Position numbers and translations under genes: made by a program. Shown here piece by piece: positions 47,979 to 58,681 of a DNA stretch of 64,000 bases (position 1 is the first letter of the stretch; each line of letters begins with the position of its first letter). The DNA comes from a virus (Duplodnaviria; Caudoviricetes), in the IMG/VR virus record IMGVR_UViG_3300014205_000181, positions 64,001 to 128,000 of that record; one strand, written 5' to 3'. Below the pieces are notes generated by a model. The model searched no databases. It saw only the letters and a program-made list of their open reading frames with translations, and had not been told where the DNA came from.

Positions 47979-48928
47979 TATTCCTCCTTCAACTTCTGAA
48001 TATTTTCTATATGGATAGCTTTCTCTGCTTGGCCTTGTGCGTGATCGTCAAATACTTTAGAGTTACATTCTGGACAAATACAGTAATTGTTATTAACTGT
48101 CCAGCCGTAGTGTTCTTGGTTTTCCCCTAAGAGGTAAGTGTTATCCTCTTCTTTACACAAGTCACATTTGAGGTGAATTGATACGCCCATTTTGTGGCCT
48201 CCGTGAATTTATTTTAATTTAGAAACCCTTACTTGGTTATTCCTATAAAATTTTTCTACGGTTATTCTTTTATTTATATCTGTACCGTCTGGATACAAAC
48301 CCAATATTAATTCATTAATTGCAATCATATTATCATAATCTTGAATAATATAATCAGAAACATACGCTGCCATTTGAAGTTTTATTAATTTCATTTTAAT
48401 CTTTAATGAATTTTCGCCAGTTATTCCCAATTAAACCACCTATCCCAAATCCAAAAAGAAACATCGAAAACAAGTCCATTTAGTACTATAACTAACATTT
48501 ACGTTTCTAGTACAAGAATAATCTTTCTCACAAGAAGAACATGTTATTGTCGCGTCTCCGTCTGCTCCGTCTCCGAAATCAATTTCCCAGGAATCCCGTT
48601 CAGTTTTACCACAATGCGGGCAAACTGGTTCAAATGTATATTCTGTGTCGTATTGGTGCATATTAGTGTCTCAAAAATAAGAATTAATAACGTTTTCGGA
48701 AAATTCTTTCATTTCTTCAACATCAAGTATCATTGCATAATGCTGAATAATTTGTTCAAAGTCGTGCTTAAAATGATCTTCATTAGAAACAGCTTCTGTG
48801 CTTACTTCAAACATCTTCATAACTTTACCGTTTATTAATTTAGTTTCCATACTTAATCCTTATTATTCCTCATCGTTATTGTTACCTAGCCATTCGCTGT
48901 CTAGGAAGGCTAGGTTTACAAATAATAT

Positions 48929-48956
48929 TAAAGTTTTTATACTATTATTCCGATAA
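48929..48956 (+). promoter_or_regulatory. Sigma28-like promoter upstream of tnpB
   Basis: TAAA-N16-TCCGATAA(GGTA). Confidence 0.6.
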
Positions 48957-48997
48957 GGTATTTATAGAAACGATTCATTCTCTGCAAAAGGATTAAC

Positions 48998-50086
48998 ATG
49001 ATCAAGTCATTCAAATATAGAATATATCCCAACAAAAGTCAAGAGGAAATGTTTAATAAGCATTTTGGTTGCGCTAGATTTATTTATAATTGGGGCCTCA
49101 ATCGCAAAGTTAAAGAATATGAAGTATCAAAAAAGACCTTGTCTTTCTTTGATTTAACAAAAGAAACAACCTCTTTAAAATCTGAAAATATATGGTTAAA
49201 AGAAGTCAATTCCCAATCGCTTCAAATGTCTCTAAGAAATCTTGATAACGCATTTACTCGCTTCTTTAGAGAAAAGAAAGGGTTCCCTAAATTTAAATCT
49301 AAAAGAAACAACCAATCTTTCCAATGTCCACAGGCATGTTCAATTAATTTTGAAACAAATAAATTAAATATCCCCAAAATTAAAAACATTAAAATAAAAA
49401 TTGACAGATCGTTTGAAGGTAAAATTAAAACCGTCACAATTAGTAAAGTTCCTTCTGGTAAATACTATGCCTCAGTTTTAGTTGATGATAGAAAAGAATT
49501 ACCATCAAAGATTAAAGCAGTTAAAGAGTTCTCTATTGGCGTTGACTTAGGGATCAAAACTTTCGCAACCTTATCAAATGGAGAAAAGATTGATAATCCA
49601 CGACATTTTAAGAAATTAGAAAAACAATTAAAGCGAGCACAAAGGAAACTATCACGCAAAAAGAAAGGTTCTTCTAATCGAGACAAAACAAGAATTAAAG
49701 TTACCATTTTACATGAAAGAGTTACTAATTCACGAAAAGATTTCTTGCATAAATTATCTAAAAGACTGATTGACGAAAACCAAGCAGTTTGTCTTGAAAA
49801 TTTAAATGTCAATGGACTTCTCAAGAATCGCAGGTTAGCAAAACACATCCAAGATGCAGGATGGAGAACATTTAAAACATTCTGTGAATACAAGGCAGAA
49901 TGGTCCGGTAAAGAAGTTAAGACTATTGGACGGTTCGAACCGAGTTCTAAACTTTGCAATGTATGTGGAGTATTAAACAATTCACTCACCTTAAAAGATC
50001 GAGAATGGACCTGTTCTTGTGGAACCATTCATGATCGTGACATTTTAGCCGCCAACAATATTCTAAATTTCGCATTTCTACCCTAG
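48998..50086 (+). CDS. tnpB: RNA-guided endonuclease TnpB
   Basis: 'KYRIYP', 'GCARFIYN', RuvC 'GVDLG', 'LENL', 'HDRD', zinc finger 'CNVCG...C.C'. Confidence 0.95.
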   Translation: MIKSFKYRIYPNKSQEEMFNKHFGCARFIYNWGLNRKVKEYEVSKKTLSFFDLTKETTSLKSENIWLKEVNSQSLQMSLRNLDNAFTRFFREKKGFPKFKSKRNNQSFQCPQACSINFETNKLNIPKIKNIKIKIDRSFEGKIKTVTISKVPSGKYYASVLVDDRKELPSKIKAVKEFSIGVDLGIKTFATLSNGEKIDNPRHFKKLEKQLKRAQRKLSRKKKGSSNRDKTRIKVTILHERVTNSRKDFLHKLSKRLIDENQAVCLENLNVNGLLKNRRLAKHIQDAGWRTFKTFCEYKAEWSGKEVKTIGRFEPSSKLCNVCGVLNNSLTLKDREWTCSCGTIHDRDILAANNILNFAFLP

Positions 50087-50200
50087 GGTCTAGGGGGAGT
50101 TAAGCCTGTGGAGATTGTGTAAGACCTTTAGGCAACGATCTTGGAAGCAGGAAGTCTTATTGTTTAAGATAGATCATGAAGGCTTGTCCTAGGTTAATCG
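50050..50200 (+). ncRNA. Putative omega RNA (TnpB guide scaffold) with 3' guide
   Basis: Position at the tnpB 3' end and typical IS605 right-end motifs. The guide is inferred to start after TCAT at 50178. Confidence 0.5.
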
Positions 50201-50275
50201 TATTAGTCAAAATTAAACATCCAATCAAGTTTGCCCAATATACTCACTTAAATCTCTTGGTTTTCTCGGCATAAA

Positions 50276-51811
50276 TTAATCCTCCTCATATGAATGTCCC
50301 ATAAACTCACTATCGAGGAACGGTTGCGCCAGTGCAAGATTTTGAGTAATTAAAATTTGATTATTCGGGTCACAGTCTCCCTCTCTATTGTATGCGACAG
50401 AAGCTCTTAATAATCCGTTCTTTTTCTCAGTAGGAGTGCTCTGCAAAACGATCAAAGAATCGAGGTGGGCTAGTTTGGTGAAGGCTTCGGCTATTTGCAG
50501 ACCGCTAATATTTTTCATACCTGCTCCCGTTCGGTTCGTCTGTGACGCAGTTAAAACTAAAATATTCCTTTCTGTGGCGATTCTGGAAAGGCTCTTCCAA
50601 ATCTCATCAAGCTGAAATCTCACGTCATTTCCAGTATTTACAGAACGCAACACATCCGCGTAATCTACGATCAAAACGTCAGGATAAAAACCACTACTAT
50701 ATGCTAAATTATCTAAATCTGCCTCAATTTCAGCAACACCGACCCCGAACTTTGGATAACATTTTAATCGATACCTGTCATTTCCGTACATTAGCCCAAA
50801 ACCTCGGCTCATATTAATTGCTTTATCGACGGTCAATTCTTCTTTAAATTGCGAAAAAAACCAATTGGCCGTTTGGTAATCTGAAGTTCCACGACAAGCA
50901 GTACAAACAACATAATCCTTCGGGGCATTTGAAAATTCTGGAATCTCTCCAACAGAATTAACGAGTGGAATTTTACTGGCTCTAATACTTTTAGAACATA
51001 TCCCTAACTGATTTTTTTTACAATCAAAGCAACTAATTTCATATTCTTTTGATTCATCGCCTTGTCCAGTAATCATTTTAAGATCACGGTAATTAATCTT
51101 AGTGGCGGACATTTCTAGGTTCGTCTCAAAAACGCGTAGCCTGTTCATTCGAGCAACCAAGCCCAAAAAGTGCAGCATCCAGGTCTTGCCGCACTTTGGT
51201 GGTGCCATGATCGCAATCAACCTCCCTTTTTCCGGCTTAATTAAAGTACCTAATGGACCAGGAATGGTAAATAATATATCTTCTACTTTTGCCTTAAACG
51301 TCTCCTTGATAAAATCAGCATCATGAGGATTTACGCAACCAGAAGTCAATTCCGTTACTTTTCTATGATTCCTAATTTGTTTTTCTACTTCTTCTATTTG
51401 GTCAAGTTTAGCATAACTTGAGATATTATCAGCTAATTTGATATACGATTGTTTCTTAAGATATGGTATAGCTTGTTCAATGAAATATTTACTATTCCTT
51501 TTTTCTCCTTCTTCAATGAACTTATTCGATAGATTTTCAAGTAGGTCTTGTATAATCTCTGCATCTTCTGCTTGCAATTTACCTTTTTTAGTATTAAAAA
51601 TATCCTGAATATATTTACCAGGGCTTGACTTATAATTATTATAATACTCTTGAATCCAAAGGAATATTTTGCGGATATGAGGGGTATCAAAATATTCTGG
51701 TTTGGCAATGGGTAGAATTGCTTTACAAAAATCATCATCGATTATGAGATTGATTGCTATATTTTTTTCTGATTCTTGGTCGATCTTACGTCCACTAATT
51801 GAAATTGCCAT
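50276..51811 (-). CDS. DnaB-like replicative helicase
   Basis: Walker A 'APPKCGKT', 'NLEMS', 'IVDYAD', 'TASQTNR', 'IAEAFTK'. Confidence 0.88.
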   Translation of the reverse strand: MAISISGRKIDQESEKNIAINLIIDDDFCKAILPIAKPEYFDTPHIRKIFLWIQEYYNNYKSSPGKYIQDIFNTKKGKLQAEDAEIIQDLLENLSNKFIEEGEKRNSKYFIEQAIPYLKKQSYIKLADNISSYAKLDQIEEVEKQIRNHRKVTELTSGCVNPHDADFIKETFKAKVEDILFTIPGPLGTLIKPEKGRLIAIMAPPKCGKTWMLHFLGLVARMNRLRVFETNLEMSATKINYRDLKMITGQGDESKEYEISCFDCKKNQLGICSKSIRASKIPLVNSVGEIPEFSNAPKDYVVCTACRGTSDYQTANWFFSQFKEELTVDKAINMSRGFGLMYGNDRYRLKCYPKFGVGVAEIEADLDNLAYSSGFYPDVLIVDYADVLRSVNTGNDVRFQLDEIWKSLSRIATERNILVLTASQTNRTGAGMKNISGLQIAEAFTKLAHLDSLIVLQSTPTEKKNGLLRASVAYNREGDCDPNNQILITQNLALAQPFLDSEFMGHSYEED

Positions 51812-51884
51812 ATATTATAAACTTTCCTCGTTCTGTTTATACATTTTAACCGCCTTTCTCTCCCAAGAATTATTATTAACCAAC

Positions 51885-52109
51885 CTAATCACAAATCACA
51901 ATACTCCTAGTTTTCCTATAATAATTTAGCGTTACATACCCATTATTCTCTAATGAACTAATTGCTTTGCTTACCGTTACTGGATTTTTATCAATTATTT
52001 TCCCTATCTCAACATTATTTTTACTGGATTTTTTGCCAGATAGAATTAAGTTGTAAAGGATTCTCTTCGCCGTTGGGCTTAAATTGTTATCATTCATGTA
52101 ATCTTTCAA
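51885..52109 (-). CDS. Small winged-HTH protein
   Basis: 'LSPTAKRILYNL', 'NVEIGKII...TVSKAISSLENNGYV'; AGGAGG RBS. Confidence 0.75.
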   Translation of the reverse strand: MKDYMNDNNLSPTAKRILYNLILSGKKSSKNNVEIGKIIDKNPVTVSKAISSLENNGYVTLNYYRKTRSIVICD

Positions 52110-52129
52110 ATAATTAACCTCCTAGTACC

Positions 52130-52156
52130 TTATCGGCATTCTTTGCATAAACTTTA
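52130..52156 (-). promoter_or_regulatory. Sigma28-like promoter upstream of the HTH and helicase genes
   Basis: TAAAGTTT-N11-GCCGATAA, a perfect match to the extended FliA consensus. Confidence 0.75.
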
Positions 52157-52306
52157 ATTATTTTATCTATCTTTAGTTAAAAATATTAAAAGTCTTTATT
52201 TCCTATTCTTATTATGTGGGCAAATGACGCAGTATCTTGTATCACATCCCTTATTCCGAAATTCTAAAACACATTCTACCTTGATTTTCATTTATAACCT
52301 CCTGTT

Positions 52307-52687
52307 TTAATTTCCATAATCCACAGCGACTATTTTACCTTTGTACTTACCAAACGAATCCAATTTAGGTTCTGCCGGAATTGTGTAATCTTCTCGTAGT
52401 AACCAATTCTCGGCATCCATTTCAAAGAATTCTTCTCTTGTTAAAGGTTCGCATCTAGGCATTACCACTAGAAATCCAAATGGAATATAAAATAAAACTG
52501 GGCAAAGTTCTGGTTGGTTAATTTTACTGAATTGAACTTCTTGCATATTAGCTAAAAGCCCCAATAAGAACAAGCGGAATTCATACATAATACTTGGGAT
52601 TTTAAACGCATATTTTCCTATTAGAAATACTACCCTTGTTGTTCCATAGGCTATTCTACAATTTTTATGAATTATTGACATATTCAT
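52307..52687 (-). CDS. Small protein-kinase-like fold protein
   Basis: 'GTTRVVF...YAFKIP', 'E', 'VVMPR', 'G...G.IVAVDYG'. Confidence 0.45.
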   Translation of the reverse strand: MNMSIIHKNCRIAYGTTRVVFLIGKYAFKIPSIMYEFRLFLLGLLANMQEVQFSKINQPELCPVLFYIPFGFLVVMPRCEPLTREEFFEMDAENWLLREDYTIPAEPKLDSFGKYKGKIVAVDYGN

Positions 52688-53534
52688 TTGTCCATAATCT
52701 TAGGGCACCAATTGGGCTTGACTAGAGTATCAGAAACACTCCCAATTGAATACGCATTATCATCCGACATGCAATAATTCTTATGGTCATTTTCTGTATC
52801 TTGGGATAAACGCTCACAGCCACCGCAATCTTTCTCCAACCCCTTTGCCAATTTAACAATATTAGATACTAGGTAATTAATTCTAGCATGAAAATTGACA
52901 TTATGTAGATAATACTCTTTTGCTTTATGAGGGATAATATTTATAGATTCAGCAGTGCAAGTATTGACATTGATCGGATTCTCTTTTTCGTATTCAGTAA
53001 AAATCAATAGTTCTAGAAGTTTTTCTTCAAATTTATGGTAATTCATTTTATTTCTTTAGCCCCAAATCAATATAGTTCTCGACTTCTTGATTAACCAATT
53101 GATTTTTACAATAATTAATACAGCCGCTAGGTGGAACTAGTTCCCCGCCATCGACCCAACATTCGTCGGTGATTAAATCAAAAATCATGGAATTGACAAG
53201 CGGCAATTGCCCATAGGCATCTATCAAACCAGAGTTATGACAATTAAAAGAAATATTTAAATGATTTCCAGCTAGCATTGATAGTGGTCGTTGATCATCC
53301 AATTGAATATATTTACATATTAAGCATTTGTGGTAATTCATATTATTTTTACCTCTCCGCGAATGGTACTAAATATTTATTAAAATATTGTTCTGTTATT
53401 TGAGTGCATATTTTACCAGTATTGTATGATTCCATAAACCACAAATCCCCAGTATACTTACCGCAATATCCCATTGACACAGTATAAAGTTTACCATCCT
53501 TGATATTTCTATAAATTGTCATTTCTTTACCTTC

Positions 53535-54491
53535 TTATTCTCCTACTATTTCCTCAATAATTACACCAAAACCCTTACAATGAGGGCATTCTTTTAGCGG
53601 TTCATTAATCATTGTAATCAATTCAGAAAGATATTTGTCTATATTATTCTTTAAATCTTGATGGTCTTTACCTTCAAACCCTGGAAGAACAGTATACTTT
53701 CCGTATCTATCCTTATCGCTAGTCATATCAAATACTTCTATTTCTCTGTCCTTAATGAACTTCTCCTTATATTTCCTATTTTTATAAGAAGTCCCGTTAT
53801 CTTTCTTAATCTCTATTTTATTATGTATGATATCATTAAGAGGAACGACCTTCTTTACAGTAAAACAAAAATCATAATCAGAAGTGACCCTTGCATATTT
53901 ACCATTAATGTTTTGTTTGACATATTCTCTTACGATTTCATAGCTTTCTTTGCTTGATAAATTACAGGGTTGATTAGGAAGAGCAATAGACGGGAATACA
54001 ATTTTGTCTAGTAATTGGTGCTGAATGTTTTCAATTCTAAAATTATTGTAATTTTCTAAGTTTTTAATATCTGGAATCTCTAAAATAGTTTTATAAGTAA
54101 ATTCGATTTGTTCTTCTGCATCGGGTTGTTCATCTGACAATTCTTCATAGAATCCTTGAAGGTGTTTAAATTCAGATTTCCATTCACAGTAATCGTTATT
54201 CTGCTCCATTACCTCACTCTTTGGGAGGATTTTAGGGAGACTAGAAATATCTATGAATTCTAAATCACTTTTGAGTTCATACCTGTGATTTATTCTTGGT
54301 TGTTTAACCAGTTTATATAATGTAATTGGCTCTTCTTTTACGAATACCCAATTTTTATGGAACGTCGTTTCTGGACGTTCCCCATTAATGAAATAAGAAT
54401 TTAATGCATTATTGTAATACGTTGAATCCCCATTAGGGTCACTTGAAATATAATAACCATTATTTGTTTTAACGCCAGTAATAATTAACAT
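53535..54491 (-). CDS. Conserved phage hypothetical protein with C-terminal CxxCxG
   Basis: 318-aa ORF with 'SDYDFCFTVKK' and 'CPHCKGFG'. Confidence 0.7.
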   Translation of the reverse strand: MLIITGVKTNNGYYISSDPNGDSTYYNNALNSYFINGERPETTFHKNWVFVKEEPITLYKLVKQPRINHRYELKSDLEFIDISSLPKILPKSEVMEQNNDYCEWKSEFKHLQGFYEELSDEQPDAEEQIEFTYKTILEIPDIKNLENYNNFRIENIQHQLLDKIVFPSIALPNQPCNLSSKESYEIVREYVKQNINGKYARVTSDYDFCFTVKKVVPLNDIIHNKIEIKKDNGTSYKNRKYKEKFIKDREIEVFDMTSDKDRYGKYTVLPGFEGKDHQDLKNNIDKYLSELITMINEPLKECPHCKGFGVIIEEIVGE

Positions 54492-54865
54492 TTGTTCCCC
54501 TTATTGCACCATTTATTCACAAACGCTGCGTCATCAGTACTCAACATAACATAATTTTCACAATCAATCTCACACGCCTTAATAAGATTTCTAGCATCTT
54601 GAATCGATGTTTCATACCAGTATTTCCACGGTTTAGTCAACCAGAAATCAGGCTCGGTTCCATAGATCTTGGCATAAATAGCAGCTTCTTTAAAAGTCAT
54701 TTTCTGCTTCTTTAAAAATACTCTTGAAAAGAATCCCGGTTGTTTTAGCATATAATATTTAACTGTTTTCTTAAATTCATCTCCTCTCTTCTTCATAAAA
54801 GCATGAATATAACTTGAACAAGCACTGTATATTAGGTCTTTTCTTACTTTCAATTGCGTCATCAC
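54485..54865 (-). CDS. Hypothetical protein
   Basis: ORF track. Confidence 0.6.
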   Translation of the reverse strand: MMTQLKVRKDLIYSACSSYIHAFMKKRGDEFKKTVKYYMLKQPGFFSRVFLKKQKMTFKEAAIYAKIYGTEPDFWLTKPWKYWYETSIQDARNLIKACEIDCENYVMLSTDDAAFVNKWCNKGNKC

Positions 54866-55215
54866 TCCTCTCCCGTCTCAACGCTCATTGTTTCTTTATT
54901 ACATGCAGGGCAAAGATAAACATCTCCGTTCGCAACTGACCTGCTATATGCCACGAAAACATCAAAATCTTCATATCCACAATGCTGACAATAAATCCAT
55001 TCTACTTTCATTTATTTGCCTTCAATGTCAAACAATCCATTTATAATACTCTCCCCATATCCAGCACCAAGCAATAATGGGCTAATAATTTCTTCCCATA
55101 ATTCTTGGATATTCAAATTGCCCTTTGGAATCTCAATACTAACAATGCCGTATTGTGTTTGAAGCGTTGCTTTTGTTCCTTTGAAATCATTTGTGCTTAA
55201 CATAATTCTCCTTAA

Positions 55216-55534
55216 TTAAAATTTAAAAACACATACCAACATAGACCCAACACAATAACCAATTAAATCTTCTGCGTCAAAATTCTTATCCGTTAATTCT
55301 TTAAGTACTCCTACAGATAAAGAAGTCAATACGGAAATTAATGCTGTTTGATACCAAGGCAGATCAGAATATTCAAAAATCCAAAATGTGATACCTGCCC
55401 CCTATTAAGGCATGTATTGGTTGGCCTAAATTCTTTTTCTCTACTTTCGTATTAATGTCACGGTATTCATTATCTGCTAAACATATATTTGTTGTAAAAA
55501 GAATTATTAAAATTGTTGTTATTAAAACTTTCAT
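55216..55534 (-). pseudogene. Frameshifted exported membrane protein (YfiM/VanZ-like)
   Basis: Signal peptide. Removing one G from the G5 run (55398-55402) gives a 105-aa ORF with 'H.LIGAG...GVLKELTD..FD..DL'. Confidence 0.6.
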
Positions 55535-56726
55535 ATTTATCCTATAAATTATTTATTCCCAAAATCCTTGTTTAACAAATTTACCATCTGGTGTGAACTC
55601 AATACTCGAATAGAAATTAAAATACCCGACAAATTTACTAGAATGATTTACACCATTATCGTCGTAATCATCTGCGCCGATTCTATAAATTATGGTATTG
55701 TCGGGAGAATCTTGATATTGTTTTAAATTGATACCAATCTGAAAATAAAACTGTTTGAATAATTCTAAATCTGTCATGGTCTGCTCTCAGATAACAGAAC
55801 TTTCCGAGCTAATTCAAACGCGTTTACATATGCCCTTGCTTGAGCTTCGCATGAATCAAAATCCCCACTCAGACAAGATGATGTGCCAACTACTAATTGT
55901 TTCTTTAACGTCCCATCTTCTTGAATTCGGTCCGACAGGGAAATTCTGAGCATCGGACCCCATCCCAATTCATTCACTGTAACTTCGGTATCTATATGTT
56001 TTATTTCTAGTTCCATTGGGTTACCCAGTTTAATCAGATATATTTATTAATCATTTCAAGTAAGCAATGTTGGCAAATATCTAACCGTATTGTATTCCCA
56101 TCACCGAATACACTACCATATCCACCTACAAAATTTACAAAGTGGAATTCTTGCAACTCAATCCAATTATCATAGTCATATTCTTTCTTACAAATATCAC
56201 AAGTAATTAATTCTGGCCTTTTTACTTCTTCTGTATATGTTTTGTATCTAATCATTACACTCCCCTAATTTTCTGATTTGTCTCTTCATCCAACTTGCAT
56301 TGCAATTCGTAACGCTCTCTAATGTATCTTCAAAGCAACAGGGAGCATCACATACAAACGCTTCGTGCTGTATATAACAATCTCTGCAATGGCAGAATTT
56401 ATTTCCACATGATTTACAGACTTCTTCAATTTCTTTCGATTCTATATTCATTTTGGCTATGCCTTATGAAGATTTAAATATCTGGTAACAATTATTTATT
56501 GACGCGTATAAGAAAATAACAACCAGCGCCCACAAAATTATCGATACATTATTCCCTGTATACATATTGAATACAATAAAATATAACCCAACTAATCTAG
56601 AAAGAACCAAAGCTGACATTGTACCTATAAAATCCTAGCTGTATTGTCTTCAAACATGATCCAATCCCTTATAAATCAACAAACTTCGTTTCCACAACCG
56701 CCATAACGAGTGTCGTGTGTTTCATA

Positions 56727-56759
56727 AAACGTAACGTGCCACCAGAGCACGTTACGTTT
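56727..56759. repeat. 13-bp perfect inverted repeat (possible minus-strand terminator)
   Basis: AAACGTAACGTGC-N7-GCACGTTACGTTT. Confidence 0.8.
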
Positions 56760-57064
56760 GACAAGTTCCACACCAGTATTGATTTTCGTCTTGTGTGTCA
56801 TTTCCGTTAGAAAATTTTTCTTTCTCAATACTTTTCTGTTTTGCGAATTTACCTACTACTGAATAGCTCATAATTTATCCTTTATCCCGTTTCCTTAAAC
56901 AATGCTTACAAGTAACAAATCTCCATTCTCTGTGGGTATAGAAAGATTTCCCATCGTATAAAGCTTTTGCCCCCACACATAGGGGAGCATTTATTCTTGC
57001 ATATTTCCCAAAGCCTAGATATTTTTCGGCGGTTTGCGGACCTTTCTTGTGGATTATTGGGATT

Positions 57065-57352
57065 TTATTCATAATCGTCCTCGTTGTAAACTTCACGTGC
57101 GGCTTGTTCACGTGCTTTACGGTACTCTTCCTTGTCACATGCCTTCAATATCCCGTAGTTTTTACCAAATTTATCACAGAGTATTTCAGTCATCCTATCC
57201 TCAATGGCCTCTTGCTGGGCCTCTCCGTGAGCAAAAGCAAAGTGCTCTTCCCGTATCCGAGGGTCAAGTTTAAAAAATTCTTCTCTAACGTACTCGGTGG
57301 CGTGAGACGCGGCTAAGATCAATCCTATATTTTCACAGTCTTTCGCGTTCAT
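57065..57352 (-). CDS. Hypothetical protein
   Basis: ORF track. Confidence 0.6.
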   Translation of the reverse strand: MNAKDCENIGLILAASHATEYVREEFFKLDPRIREEHFAFAHGEAQQEAIEDRMTEILCDKFGKNYGILKACDKEEYRKAREQAAREVYNEDDYE

Positions 57353-57535
57353 AATTTATCCTTAATATCTTAATCAATCAGAGATTCATAACAGTACGGG
57401 CATAACGGCCCATAATCCATGTGGAAATCTGTACATTGGTTGTGTAATTCCATAGTACAGTTATCGCAAAAGGCTGTTTCATCAATTTCATCGCCACAAA
57501 ATTCGCACTTCTCTCCGATTCCAGCCATCACACCC

Positions 57536-58084
57536 TCACCCCTTATAAAAAATATGTTTCCCAATTTTGACTACAGGGTCACAAGACTTCGCCCACTTCG
57601 GGCTAACATAATCAGCATGATACGAAGTACAAGTATCTAATTCTTTTATTCTTAATCCCTTGTTAAAGTCTCTAGCGGCACGTTTACTCTCTTCCCATAA
57701 AACACCTTCTGGGTTTTCTCGTTCTTTAAGGGTCCAGGAGAATTGACTAGGAGAGTATACCACTTCTTTTACGGTATCGCCATATTTATTTGAATTTACT
57801 CTATTCAATGTCACTTGAGCAACAGCAATTTTGCCAGAATAATCTTCAACCCCGGATTCAAAATAAATATTTAAAGCAAGGATGTGTTCTTCTTCATCGG
57901 ATAATTTTTTAGTATTTTCTGGGCTAATCCAATAAAAATCCAGGTTAAACTTTTCGTCTAATTCGTTTGTTAGGGTATTGACTTGCTCTTGGAGTGAATC
58001 GGCTTTTTTTTCGGATTGCATGAAGGCGAAAGCAAATAAAATGTAAAAACCTAGTCCGAATAATATTAGTGATTTGTTTTGCAT
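57536..58084 (-). CDS. Cell wall hydrolase, SleB/Hydrolase_2 family
   Basis: 'LALNIYFESG', 'AVAQVTLNRV', 'QFSW', 'YHADYVSPKWA', 'IGKHIFY'; N-terminal TM segment. Confidence 0.92.
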   Translation of the reverse strand: MQNKSLILFGLGFYILFAFAFMQSEKKADSLQEQVNTLTNELDEKFNLDFYWISPENTKKLSDEEEHILALNIYFESGVEDYSGKIAVAQVTLNRVNSNKYGDTVKEVVYSPSQFSWTLKERENPEGVLWEESKRAARDFNKGLRIKELDTCTSYHADYVSPKWAKSCDPVVKIGKHIFYKG

Positions 58085-58092
58085 AATTTACC

Positions 58093-58431
58093 TCAATTAT
58101 TGATCGCTTCCCATGCACTAATTAATTTCTGAATTTGAACTTCCAGCACATCAAAAATACTCTCGTCTTTAATTCCATATACTTTAAAAGTAACCCATTC
58201 TCCATCTTTCGGCTCTGCACATAATTCTATTTCAAATTCTTTGTGTTCCTCACTGCTGTATTTAATATCCCACCCATAAACGAGGATCTGAATTCCTGGT
58301 TTATCATCGTTACATTTACATCTTGTCTCTGTATTATATTTCTTCCACCAATAAATATCTGCGTTAGAAAAGCCAGGTTTTACTCCACCATACCACCCCA
58401 TTTCTTTAAATTTGTCGTTATAATTTTGCAT
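58093..58431 (-). CDS. Hypothetical protein
   Basis: ORF track. Confidence 0.6.
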   Translation of the reverse strand: MQNYNDKFKEMGWYGGVKPGFSNADIYWWKKYNTETRCKCNDDKPGIQILVYGWDIKYSSEEHKEFEIELCAEPKDGEWVTFKVYGIKDESIFDVLEVQIQKLISAWEAINN

Positions 58432-58681
58432 TTAAGTACTCATTTCTTAGAAAGATAATAATTAATATCCCATTTACAGAATCCATGGCCATCTAGCATT
58501 TCTTCACATGTTGGAAGATCGCTAAATGGATGAAATTCCCCATTTTCAAATGTACTACTATTAATAATTTTTCTTCTCTGATTGAACACCCACTGATTCC
58601 TAATTAAAGCATAAGCACAAATAATTAATTCCACTACACAAGTAATCAAAAAAATAATTGCCCACATAAACGACTCCTTAA

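Larger units (their letters stand above)
48883..50178 (+). mobile_element. IS200/IS605-family (IS1341-type) solo-TnpB element
   Basis: Left hairpin ACCTAGCC...GGCTAGGT, tnpB, then a right-end-like tail GCCTGTGGAG...GAAGCAGGAA...hairpin...TCAT. Opposite strand to the host genes. Ends approximate. Confidence 0.7.

Noticed and set aside
48998-50086. Nuclease-dead TnpB (TldR-like repressor), suggested by the sigma28-like promoter
   Set aside because: The RuvC D, E and D residues are all present and no flagellin or other typical cargo gene is adjacent.
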